From an uncultured Solirubrobacterales bacterium (GTDB lineage: Bacteria > Actinomycetota > Thermoleophilia > Solirubrobacterales > 70-9), in NCBI GenBank assembly GCA_963795675.1, contig CAWCJB010000004.1:306376-370375 (forward strand): DNA of 64,000 bases, read 5' to 3'. The notes beneath the pieces were generated by a model. It saw only the letters and a list, made by a program, of their open reading frames with translations, made no database searches and had not been told where the DNA came from. Below, piece by piece: positions 55,901 through 64,000 of the stretch. The position numbers were made by a program, and so were the translations under genes. Each line of letters opens with the position of its first letter. Within the stretch, counting starts at the first letter, position 1.

Positions 55901-56242
55901 TCATTCGGGCTCGCAGCCCTTGAGGGACAAGGTGGCTGGATCAATTGCTTCGCCGTTCGCACGCGCACGCTCTTCAGCCTTTCTGCTCTCTTCGAGCACC
56001 ATTTGGCGTATCTCCTTGCATTTTCTCTGGACCTTCGCGGTGCTGCTGCTAGTCAGACCTCTGGCCCCGGCTTCTCCGCCGGTTTGGTTGCCACCGGTTC
56101 CACACGACGCCATCCCAACGGCGAGCACAAGAACCACACACATCATCGAGACCACCGAGAGACGCGAACTGCGGATAGGACGGAGCCGTACCGTCGCCTT
56201 GCTTGAGCACTGAATCATGTTGACCTCTCTCGCCGCATCCAC
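55901..56242 (-). CDS. small lipoprotein; candidate immunity protein for the orphan RHS tip
   Basis: Lipobox-like VLAVGMASCG. Lies immediately downstream of the orphan RHS cassette. Confidence 0.5.
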   Translation of the reverse strand: MDAAREVNMIQCSSKATVRLRPIRSSRLSVVSMMCVVLVLAVGMASCGTGGNQTGGEAGARGLTSSSTAKVQRKCKEIRQMVLEESRKAEERARANGEAIDPATLSLKGCEPE

Positions 56243-56297
56243 GGCCTACGACTCCGGCCCGGCCGGAGCGCCTTCGACGCGATGGTAACAGCAGCAG

Positions 56298-57311
56298 CTA
56301 GGCATCTATCACCACCACTTGGCCACACTTTTCTCCGCTCGCATTCGCGCCAGCCAAGAGCACGCAATATTGCAGCGAACCTATTTCATCCAAACGGAAT
56401 TTCATTCCGATCGGCAGGGACCCGTTCAATTCTGGCGGATTATGGAGTCCTGAAATGGGCCCGGTTCCGCCAGCCGCAATATAGAACGCCCTGACCTCAA
56501 CCGGTTCGCTACACGAGTAGCTGATGTTGCCGGTGATATACGCGGTGTCGCTACCGACGGAGCCGACAATGTGGGAAAGTGACGGATGAATCGTGCAGGG
56601 TCCGACCTGTGACGCCGGGGGGCGACGCGGCTCTCCGCCGCTTCCGCCCCCCCGGTGGGTGGAGGCATTCTTCGGGGGATGTTGCTTGCCCGCTGCACCG
56701 GCACTCCCACCTGCGCACTTTCCCCCTGGCTTGTTCCTGATGCACGTACCTTCCAGGTCAAAGGTATTGACCGGATTCTGATCGACATAGTCATACGCAT
56801 TTGCCGATCCCCCCGTGACAGGATCAGAACTCAGGAACCGGCCAAGCTGCGGGCTGTAACTTCGGGCACCCATCTGGATCACGCCGGACTGGAGTTCGGT
56901 ACGCCGTAATTTTCCACCCAGCCAGCCGAATCTCCCCGCGCTACCCGACACCGGCTCGCCAAATTCATCGAATCGATAGGTAGCCAGCAGTTTCGTCGCC
57001 GTCGGACTCGAACTCGCCGAGGCCACCACATCGCCGTGCAGCTCCGTGAGGTCAAAGGTCGTCCCGCCGCTTTCCTGCACCGCGGCGAGTTCCCCGCCGA
57101 TCCCGGCTATGTCGCGGGTCCAGTTCGTGCCCCGTTCGGTCCACGCGACCGAGTCGGAAGGACCGTCGTAGTGGAAGTTCCGCCGGAAGGTGTCTGGTAG
57201 GCCGAATCCCGCCAGACAGAGCCGATCACGTCCATGGAGTTCAGCTGAGTTCGGTGGAGTCGGGGACCACATTCGGGACCAAGCTTTGGGAGGACAAGAC
57301 GAGAGGTACAA
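56298..57311 (-). CDS. orphan RHS repeat-associated core plus alternative C-terminal tip (CT2); probably not independently initiated
   Basis: Residues 46-189 are collinear with residues 1450-1594 of the large RHS protein ([15 protein letters not shown]...[32 protein letters not shown]). The tip then diverges. Confidence 0.75.
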   Translation of the reverse strand: MYLSSCPPKAWSRMWSPTPPNSAELHGRDRLCLAGFGLPDTFRRNFHYDGPSDSVAWTERGTNWTRDIAGIGGELAAVQESGGTTFDLTELHGDVVASASSSPTATKLLATYRFDEFGEPVSGSAGRFGWLGGKLRRTELQSGVIQMGARSYSPQLGRFLSSDPVTGGSANAYDYVDQNPVNTFDLEGTCIRNKPGGKCAGGSAGAAGKQHPPKNASTHRGGGSGGEPRRPPASQVGPCTIHPSLSHIVGSVGSDTAYITGNISYSCSEPVEVRAFYIAAGGTGPISGLHNPPELNGSLPIGMKFRLDEIGSLQYCVLLAGANASGEKCGQVVVIDA

Positions 57312-57425
57312 GCAGGATTCGACCTACTTGTATTTGTTCTCCCCGATCCCGCTCGGCTGAAAGGTCGGGGTTGTCGCGTCGGGCGGCTTCAGGTCGTCGA
57401 GACGTGCCCGGCGGCGGCCCGGGTG

Positions 57426-57761
57426 CTAGTTGTGGACGATGTAGGCGCGTCGACCGTCAGGCGCGACCGCTATCGCGAGCGGGAAGGGTCCGACCTCGAT
57501 CGGCGTGCCGACCCTAACGTTGCTATTGGTGTCGATCACCGAAAGAGTGCCCGGTTCCATGCTGGCCACATCCGCTCGATCGGCAACAGGGCTGAACGCG
57601 ATGGTCGTCGACCTATGCGCAACCCGTATCGGGGCGCAGGCCAGCCTGCCGGTCTTGGCTGAGATCACCTGAACCGTGTCGTCCCGCGCGTTGGCGATGT
57701 AAAGGCGGCGACCGATCGGCGAGATCAACGCCCGTCCGGATCCGGCCGTGACTTTGCTGGT
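57426..57761 (-). pseudogene. truncated copy of the 3' third of the YVTN gene
   Basis: Translation is collinear with the last 110 aa or so of 52124..53134. An in-frame TGA lies at 57762-57764. The DNA similarity continues about 60 nt past the stop. Confidence 0.75.
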
Positions 57762-57863
57762 TCAGATGGGGTCACTTCCCCAGTTCAGGTGGGTCGGCCG
57801 GCGTTCTTGGATCCATAGCTCTGGCTCGTTGATGATGTACCAGATGCGCGGGCCGTTGCGGGC

Positions 57864-58601
57864 TCAGCCACACTCCGCGGGGGCAATTCCGCGTAGGTAC
57901 GCCCCTCGCCCTCCTTCCATACCTGCGACAACCGACACCTTCTGCCCGGCGGTCAGGCAGGGCTCGACCAGATAGGCGAATATGGAAACGTCCCTGCGCA
58001 GCCCGAACTTCCTGGCGAGAGTTCCGCTCATTACCGCCACAATTGGGCGCGGCCCGGGTGCGAGGCCTTGATCGGCGACCGACAACGTAAGGTCTTCCAC
58101 CCTCCCTTCGACCGCTCCGGACACGACGGTGACCTTCGAGACGCCGTTCCGGCCCGGATTGAGTCCACTAGGCCCTATCCGGCACTGCGCATGACAGATC
58201 GGCGCCCCCGCGGAGACATGGACGCAAGCGCCTCCGCTGGTGGCACCTCTCGATGGTTGTTCCAGCCCATAGCACAGTTCCCTGGACCCGTGATGGGCGC
58301 GGAGGTGGGCGACGAGGCGAAACCAGCCGCCCAGCCTTCTTCCGCACCCTATGACGGTCGGACTGACGAGGACACGGTAGGGTCGAGGGTATAGGCTCGG
58401 CGGGATCTTGATCGGCGGATCTTCCGATCCTCGGCATCCGCCGTAATCAGACCTGACCATCGCCGACACATCGACCTGCTTCGACGCGACCTGCTTCGAC
58501 GGTTCAGGTCCCTGCGCCGTTCTCTCCACGGCATATGCAACACCTATCGACACGAGCACCAGGAGCACCGAGAGCAGCGCGATTTTCCCTGGTCGTCTCA
58601 T
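57864..58601 (-). CDS. exported Cys-rich hypothetical protein; candidate immunity protein for RHS tip CT1
   Basis: Signal/anchor MRRPGKIALLSVLLVLVSIGVAYA. Lies immediately downstream of the RHS gene. Confidence 0.5.
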   Translation of the reverse strand: MRRPGKIALLSVLLVLVSIGVAYAVERTAQGPEPSKQVASKQVDVSAMVRSDYGGCRGSEDPPIKIPPSLYPRPYRVLVSPTVIGCGRRLGGWFRLVAHLRAHHGSRELCYGLEQPSRGATSGGACVHVSAGAPICHAQCRIGPSGLNPGRNGVSKVTVVSGAVEGRVEDLTLSVADQGLAPGPRPIVAVMSGTLARKFGLRRDVSIFAYLVEPCLTAGQKVSVVAGMEGGRGAYLRGIAPAECG

Positions 58602-58654
58602 CGGTCGACGGGTCGGGGGGTCACGGTGTAATTCGAGGCTGGCTGATTCATCTA

Positions 58655-61600
58655 TTAGTAATGATTTTCGACCACGATTTCATGCTCGTAGCATTTTCGT
58701 TCACTCTGAGCATCGCCGACCGCGACGACGCATACGGTTAGGATTTCCCCCGTAGACACGGCCCCGGAATAGGCGACGGGGGTTAGCAGCAGGGTGCCGC
58801 TGGGACCCCTGGCAGTCGCGGTTTCGCTGGTTTGCCCCCTGAAGGTCAGGTAGGCCGAAACGGAGACCGATTCTCGGGCTTGGTAGTTGAACGCCGCCCC
58901 TACGAGGCCACCGGCGCATTTGCAGCCCCCGCCAGTTACGGTGATGGTGTGGCTTTGTATTAGCGGTGGCTTTCTTGGCTGGCTACCCTTGTGGCCCCCG
59001 CCGCCGTTCCTTCCCTTGCCATAGTGATTTTCATGGCCCGGGCTTTGCCCAGGGCATACCCTGCCGGAATGCTGCCTCGCGTGAGCACACGTACCTCTGA
59101 GGTCAAACGCATTTATCGGATCCTGGTTCGTGTAGTCGTATGCGTTGGCTGAGCCGCCCGGGACTGGATCAGGGGTCAGGAATCGACCGAGTTGCGGGAT
59201 GTAGCTCCTGGCTCCCATCTGGATCACGCCCGATGATAGTTCGGTACGTCGCGATTTGCCTCCCAGCCAACCGAATCGGCCCGGAGTGCCCGACTCCGGT
59301 TCGCCGAATTCGGAGAATCGAGAGGTGCCAAGGAGTGCCGTCGCGGTGGGACTCGAACTCGTCGAGGCCACCACGTCTCCGTGCAGGTCGGTGAGGTCGA
59401 AGGTGGTCGCCCCGCCGCCTTCCTGCACTGCGGCGAGTTCCCCTCCGATCCCGGTGATGTCGCGCGTCCAGTTAGAAGCGCGTTCGGTCCACGCGACCGA
59501 GTCGGAAGGACCGTCGTAGTGGAAGACTTCGGTCCCTTCGAGGCCTCCACCGCCCTGCAGGCGGGCGCGCTGGCGGCCCGTGCCGTCGAGTTCGTAGCTG
59601 TTGGTGATCCCGGCCTGTTCCTGGCGGGCCACCATGTTCGTGGCGTAGTAGGCGGTGGTCAGTTCATGGCCGCCGGCGTCCGCGGCCGGCAGTTTGGTGA
59701 TGCGTCCGAAGGCGTCGTAGGCCAGCCCTCCGCCCATCAGGCGGTCGGCCGCGTCGTAGGTGTAGTTCTGGATCGCGCCGCCCGAGGTCACGCACGCCCC
59801 GCCGATCCCCGGTTCACGCGTCGCCTTGGTCAGGCGGTTGGAGTCCGCGTCGTAGATGTAGGCACGGGTCGTGCATTCGCCCCTGGCCGGGGTTTCCTGA
59901 GCTTCGCTCAGGCGACCATCTTTGTCGTAGACGTAGTGGTCGCTGACCAGCGAGCCGTTGTCGGTGATGATCTGGCCATAGATCGAGCGTTCGAGCTGTT
60001 CTTCGAACCAGGTGCAGCCTTTTTCCCCGCACGAGCTCGTCTTCGTGTAGGCGAGTTTCACCGGTTCGCCCGCCACGTTGTAGCCCGTCGTCGCCGTGAG
60101 GCCGTTCGGCATGCCTCTGGCGATCAGCGAGCCGTCGGCGTCGTAGGTCCCGGTGAAGGTCCCCACCCCGGAAACTTCCAGGCTGGTGAGGACGCCGGAG
60201 TGTTCGTCGTAGTGGAGGGTCTGCGTCCCCTTCCCGTCGGTGACCGTCGCCGGCCGCCCGTCGAGGTCATAGGTGGCCGTCGTCCTGTTGCCGTCGGCAT
60301 CTTCATAGGTTTCGACCCGACCGAGGGCGTCATAGGTCGTGGTCGTCGCCTGGCTGTCGAAGCCGGTGCATTCTTTTTCTTCGCAGACGGACTGCTGCTT
60401 CGTCGGCAACCCGGTGGTCGGGCTGTAGGTGATTTCGGTCTTCGGGACCGCCATGCCCCCGCCTTCGACATGGGTCGTCAGCTGGCGACCGGCTTCGTCG
60501 TAGACGCTGGTCGTCGTCCGGACGCTTTCGAAGCCACCGGCCGGGCTTTCTTCGACCACCTGGGTCGGCTCGTCCAGATTGTCGTAGGCGGAGAACTTCT
60601 TGACCAGGAGTTTCGGGCGGTTTTCGCCGCTCGCCTGGGCGCCCGGTTCGATCTTGCAGGGAAGCCCCGCGTAGCTGGGCGCGCCCTGGCATTCGCCGCT
60701 CCCGGTCGCCTGGTAGTAGACGGTCTTCGTCGTCCCGGCACCTGCCCCTTCGGGGCTGCTGGGCTGGCGGGTTTCGAGGACCTGGCCGGTCGTTTCGTCA
60801 TAGACGGTCACCGACCGGAGGTCGAGGCCGGTGGGGTCGACGACCGTTTCGTAGGGCTTCAGGAGGTTCCATCTGTAGTGGATCAGGGTTTCGCGCCGGT
60901 CGGCGTCGGATGGATGGCCGGCGATGGCGGCGCCGGTGATCTCGGTCGTCGGCAGGGCCGGGGGCGGGGTGCCGGGCGGTGGGGTCGGCGCCCCTTCGTC
61001 GTAGCCGATCACTTCGTGGATCCGGGCTTCCGCCGTTTCGCCCGATTCCAGTCGCACGTGATGCAGCGGACCCCACGATTCGAGCATCTCCGTCCCTTCG
61101 GCGTTGTAGACGGAGTGGGTGTCGAGTTCGTGCGAGCGTTCGGCGGGGTGTTCTGACTGCAGGGCGAGGAGCCGGTTCTCGGGGGTGAGTTCCCGGACGA
61201 TGTCGCCTTTGGTGTTGAATTCCTGCGTGCCGATCGAGGGGCCCGGCTGGCCGGGGGGAGACGGGGAGGCCGTGTCGACCTCGCGTCCGGTGGGGTCCAT
61301 GTAGTGGACGGTCGCCTGCGAGTAGTCGCGGTAGGGCGGCGTCGACTCGACCCACTGCTCGACGGTGTTCGCGCCGGTGTCGGCGATCCAGATGTAGCCG
61401 CCCGAGACGACGGCGTCGGCCGGTTTCACGAGGGCTTGTTCGCCGTTGGAGGGGATCCCGAGTTCGCCGACGTATTCGCCCGAGGTGGTGAATTGCTGAA
61501 GCCGACTGTTGCCGGTGTCGGCGACCCAGATATGGCCTTCTTCTCCCCAGGCGACGCCTTCGGGAGCGCTCATCTGTCCTTCTTCGCCGCCGACTGAGCC

Positions 61601-64000
61601 GAATGACCCCTTGTTCTGGAGGAAGGTGGTGGTGTTGTACTTGAGCTCGACCACCCGGTTGTTGCCGCTGTCGGCCACCACGGCTTCGAGCCCTTCGTCG
61701 CCGACGGATATCCCGGTCGGGCCTTTCAGCCCGGTATAGGTCGCGAGGTCTTTGCCCGTCGAGAGGCTCAGGAGCTGGACGCGGTTGTTGCCGGTGTCGG
61801 CCACCCAGAGCCAGACGCCTTCGATCCCCACCCCGGTGGGGCCTTTGAACTGCGCGTTCCCGCTGCCGAGCGATCCGATCGTCTTCACGAACCCGCCGGT
61901 CGAGGTGAAGACCTCGATCCGGTTGTTGCCGGTGTCGGCGACGTAGACCCGCGAGCCGTTGGCCACGATCCCCCGCGGATGGCTGAGCTGGCCGTTACCC
62001 GAGCCGGAGGTGCCGAACTGCCTGATCAGGGTCCCTTCGGAGGAGAACTCCTCCACGCTGCTGTGTTCGGTGTCGGCCACCCAGACGTGGCCTTCGGGGT
62101 CGACCGACAGGGCCCGTGGCGAGGAGAATCCGCCGCCCGCGACTTCGGCCCCGGCGAATTTCGCCGCCCGGGTGAACTGTTCGTGGGGGACCTGGGTCGG
62201 CGGGAACACCGCGGTCGCGTCGACCGGGTAGTCGCCCTGCCCCCATCCGGCGACCGTCGACGGGCTCATCGTGTAGGGGGAGCCGGGTCCGCTCAGCGGG
62301 ACGTCGTAGACGACCGAGGTCCTCGCCTTTTTCGGGCTCGCCAGGAGACTCGCGCGGCCCGCGCTTTTCAGCCTGCCGTGGCTGCCGTAGGGGTAGTAGG
62401 TCATTTCCCACGGTTCCTGGCCCGGGGGGCTGATGGAGGTCATCTGCGCATTGATTTCGGGCGACGAGTATCCGTAGCCTTCGACCAGTTTCGGGCTGAT
62501 CCGGGGGTCCCACTCTTCGCTCAGCTGGCCCGCCGTGTCGTAGCCGTAGTCGGCCACCACCTGACTCGTCCCGTGGGCGTCGTAGTAGGTGATCGTCGCG
62601 AGGCGTTCGCCCGTGCCGCTCCCTCCCCAGTGGCTCACCGGCAGGTATCCGAAGAGCAGCGTGCGGCATCCGGGAACGCCTCCCGAGCTCAGTTCACCAC
62701 AGGTCACCCCCGGCTGGGGCGGCGCGACCTCGCGCATCAGCCGCAGCGATTTGCCGTGCGGTTCATAGACCATCTTGACCGCGCCGGGACCGGTCTTGAA
62801 GGTGATCGCCTTCGGCAGGTAGGTGTGTTCGCTGCTCTTGACGAAGATGGTGTGGGTGCCGTTCGGGTCGGTGAGGCCGATGTGTTCGGCGTCTTCCCTC
62901 ACGAGGTCGAATTCCTTCGCGTATGCCGGCGCGACGTAGGTCGAGCCTTCGATGCCGAATTCGATCGCCGAGCCTTCGCTGTCGATCAGTTCCATCCACC
63001 GTTCTTCGGGCTGGGCTTCTTCGACCATCCATTCTTCGCACGATTCGGCCGGGCAGCCCGACCCGCATGCCACCGTTTCGCCTTCTTCGTCCCAGCATTC
63101 GCGTTCGTACCTCGGCGGGGTGGCCGGGATCACCCGTTCTTCCAGGCTGACCCAGGCGAGGCCCTGGTTTTCGGCTTCCGCGGGGACCGTGGGCTGCCAC
63201 GCGTACCCGAGGGCTTCCGACTGCCCTGGCAGGTTGCCGCCGATCGTGGAGTCGTAGGTGCGGGCGAATTCGAGCGTCGCTTCGGTGCCCGGGACCGGGA
63301 CCGATACGTCGGTGCGCTGGACGGTGAAGGCGCCGGTCAGCAGGTCGACGGTCCCCGGCCCGATCGATTCGGTCGCGTCGGTCGGCACGCGGCTCCCGTT
63401 TCGTTCGTGGACGAATTCGGTCGTCACCGGGACCGTCGCGCCGCCGCTCGCCACCCGGGAGTTGTCGAAGACCGCGCGGAATTCGACGCCTTCCTGGCGG
63501 ATGTATTCCCAGTGGAGCGCCGGACAGGTGCGAAGGTCGAGGTAGACGGGTTCGCTGCGCCGGGCTTCGGTGGAGACCGGCATCGGCCAGGAGACCGGTT
63601 CGCCCCCTCCGTCCAGCACGCATTCGGCGGGTAGCGTCCTGAACGTCGTCGACAGGCCGGGGGCCTTCATCTGGAAGGTGAGACCGGTGTAACCCGGTGG
63701 ATTGGTCCCCCATTCGGCCTGGAGGGTGAAGTAGCTCGCCCGCTTTTCCCCCGCCTGCGGATAGAGGAGCTTGACGGATTCCGGGGCCGCCGGATAGGCG
63801 GCCGTGTTGAAGGTCCAGGCCGACGGCACCGGGTCGGCGACCCCTTCGGGGCCGACGGCTTCGATCGTCAAGGTATGCGGATCTTTTCCTTCCAGGTGCT
63901 GCGGCAGCGCATAGGGCGAGGAGCAGGCGACCGGTTCTTTGTCGAGGGTGCAGTGGAAGGTCGCCCCTGCCGCGTTGGAGTGGAATTCGACCGGCCCTGG
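58655..64000 (-). CDS. RHS/YD-repeat protein with an internal six-bladed NHL propeller and a polymorphic C-terminal tip (5' end outside the window)
   Basis: YD repeats (YDA.GR, YD.DGR...), six NHL blades (aa 575-842 of the track ORF) and an RHS core ending ...[17 protein letters not shown]. The frame stays open upstream of the listed TTG all the way to position 64000. Confidence 0.9.
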   Translation of the reverse strand, partial: PGPVEFHSNAAGATFHCTLDKEPVACSSPYALPQHLEGKDPHTLTIEAVGPEGVADPVPSAWTFNTAAYPAAPESVKLLYPQAGEKRASYFTLQAEWGTNPPGYTGLTFQMKAPGLSTTFRTLPAECVLDGGGEPVSWPMPVSTEARRSEPVYLDLRTCPALHWEYIRQEGVEFRAVFDNSRVASGGATVPVTTEFVHERNGSRVPTDATESIGPGTVDLLTGAFTVQRTDVSVPVPGTEATLEFARTYDSTIGGNLPGQSEALGYAWQPTVPAEAENQGLAWVSLEERVIPATPPRYERECWDEEGETVACGSGCPAESCEEWMVEEAQPEERWMELIDSEGSAIEFGIEGSTYVAPAYAKEFDLVREDAEHIGLTDPNGTHTIFVKSSEHTYLPKAITFKTGPGAVKMVYEPHGKSLRLMREVAPPQPGVTCGELSSGGVPGCRTLLFGYLPVSHWGGSGTGERLATITYYDAHGTSQVVADYGYDTAGQLSEEWDPRISPKLVEGYGYSSPEINAQMTSISPPGQEPWEMTYYPYGSHGRLKSAGRASLLASPKKARTSVVYDVPLSGPGSPYTMSPSTVAGWGQGDYPVDATAVFPPTQVPHEQFTRAAKFAGAEVAGGGFSSPRALSVDPEGHVWVADTEHSSVEEFSSEGTLIRQFGTSGSGNGQLSHPRGIVANGSRVYVADTGNNRIEVFTSTGGFVKTIGSLGSGNAQFKGPTGVGIEGVWLWVADTGNNRVQLLSLSTGKDLATYTGLKGPTGISVGDEGLEAVVADSGNNRVVELKYNTTTFLQNKGSFGSVGGEEGQMSAPEGVAWGEEGHIWVADTGNSRLQQFTTSGEYVGELGIPSNGEQALVKPADAVVSGGYIWIADTGANTVEQWVESTPPYRDYSQATVHYMDPTGREVDTASPSPPGQPGPSIGTQEFNTKGDIVRELTPENRLLALQSEHPAERSHELDTHSVYNAEGTEMLESWGPLHHVRLESGETAEARIHEVIGYDEGAPTPPPGTPPPALPTTEITGAAIAGHPSDADRRETLIHYRWNLLKPYETVVDPTGLDLRSVTVYDETTGQVLETRQPSSPEGAGAGTTKTVYYQATGSGECQGAPSYAGLPCKIEPGAQASGENRPKLLVKKFSAYDNLDEPTQVVEESPAGGFESVRTTTSVYDEAGRQLTTHVEGGGMAVPKTEITYSPTTGLPTKQQSVCEEKECTGFDSQATTTTYDALGRVETYEDADGNRTTATYDLDGRPATVTDGKGTQTLHYDEHSGVLTSLEVSGVGTFTGTYDADGSLIARGMPNGLTATTGYNVAGEPVKLAYTKTSSCGEKGCTWFEEQLERSIYGQIITDNGSLVSDHYVYDKDGRLSEAQETPARGECTTRAYIYDADSNRLTKATREPGIGGACVTSGGAIQNYTYDAADRLMGGGLAYDAFGRITKLPAADAGGHELTTAYYATNMVARQEQAGITNSYELDGTGRQRARLQGGGGLEGTEVFHYDGPSDSVAWTERASNWTRDITGIGGELAAVQEGGGATTFDLTDLHGDVVASTSSSPTATALLGTSRFSEFGEPESGTPGRFGWLGGKSRRTELSSGVIQMGARSYIPQLGRFLTPDPVPGGSANAYDYTNQDPINAFDLRGTCAHARQHSGRVCPGQSPGHENHYGKGRNGGGGHKGSQPRKPPLIQSHTITVTGGGCKCAGGLVGAAFNYQARESVSVSAYLTFRGQTSETATARGPSGTLLLTPVAYSGAVSTGEILTVCVVAVGDAQSERKCYEHEIVVENHY

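Noticed and set aside
57311-57426. Independent promoter and start codon for the orphan RHS cassette (TTG at 57311).
   Set aside because: Homology to the main RHS protein begins only at residue 46 or so of this ORF. The upstream 45 codons look like read-through of non-coding sequence. Independent expression cannot be excluded but is unsupported.

Overview
This is a high-GC (about 70%) window that looks like Actinomycetota chromosome. A Thermoleophilia or Rubrobacteria-like origin is only an inference, drawn from gene content and the GTG/TTG-rich start codons.

**Backbone, about 1-50 kb (housekeeping and cell envelope):**
- Coenzyme F420 biosynthesis: cofD-cofC-cofE, plus fbiC nearby.
- Copper/thiol redox and lipoprotein processing: SCO1, a TlpA-like redoxin and lspA.
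- A cation diffusion facilitator (CDF) metal exporter.
- A translationally coupled mntR-mntH manganese module with tandem operators.
- ygfZ, an L,D-transpeptidase, rmuC and clpS.
- Ethylmalonyl-CoA pathway genes: crotonyl-CoA carboxylase/reductase (ccr) and an ethylmalonyl-CoA-mutase-like gene (ecm).
- An OatA-like acyltransferase, two CAP/SCP (cysteine-rich secretory protein family) proteins and a sortase.
- An ECF (extracytoplasmic function) sigma factor next to an LPXTG protein.
- An exopolysaccharide (EPS) locus of about 11 kb with Wzy, Wzz/tyrosine-kinase and glycosyltransferase genes.

**Accessory region, about 50-64 kb:** this stretch is visibly less GC-rich in places. It carries a YVTN beta-propeller protein, an orphan family-5 solute-binding protein and several small exported proteins. 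Its main feature is a very large, 5'-truncated RHS/YD-repeat protein with an internal six-bladed NHL propeller. That gene is followed by an exported candidate immunity protein, a truncated YVTN gene copy, an orphan RHS core plus alternative C-terminal tip, and a lipoprotein.

**Non-coding structure:**
- Two copies of a 163-bp MITE-like element (miniature inverted-repeat transposable element).
- Two copies of a larger composite element whose ends are self-palindromic hairpins with compensatory substitutions.
- A 52-nt palindromic element that appears to be inserted in frame into the 5' end of cofE.
- A perfect Cheo/SOS-box palindrome.
- Several stem-loop terminators between convergent genes.

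**Not seen:** rRNA, tRNA, CRISPR arrays, transposase ORFs or integrase ORFs.

**Caveats:**
- Many long ORFs in the six-frame track are antisense or out-of-frame artefacts of high GC and were not called.
- Start codons are often uncertain by tens of codons.
- All family assignments rest on motif recognition by eye, not on database searches.
- Two apparent single-base frameshifts could be sequencing errors.
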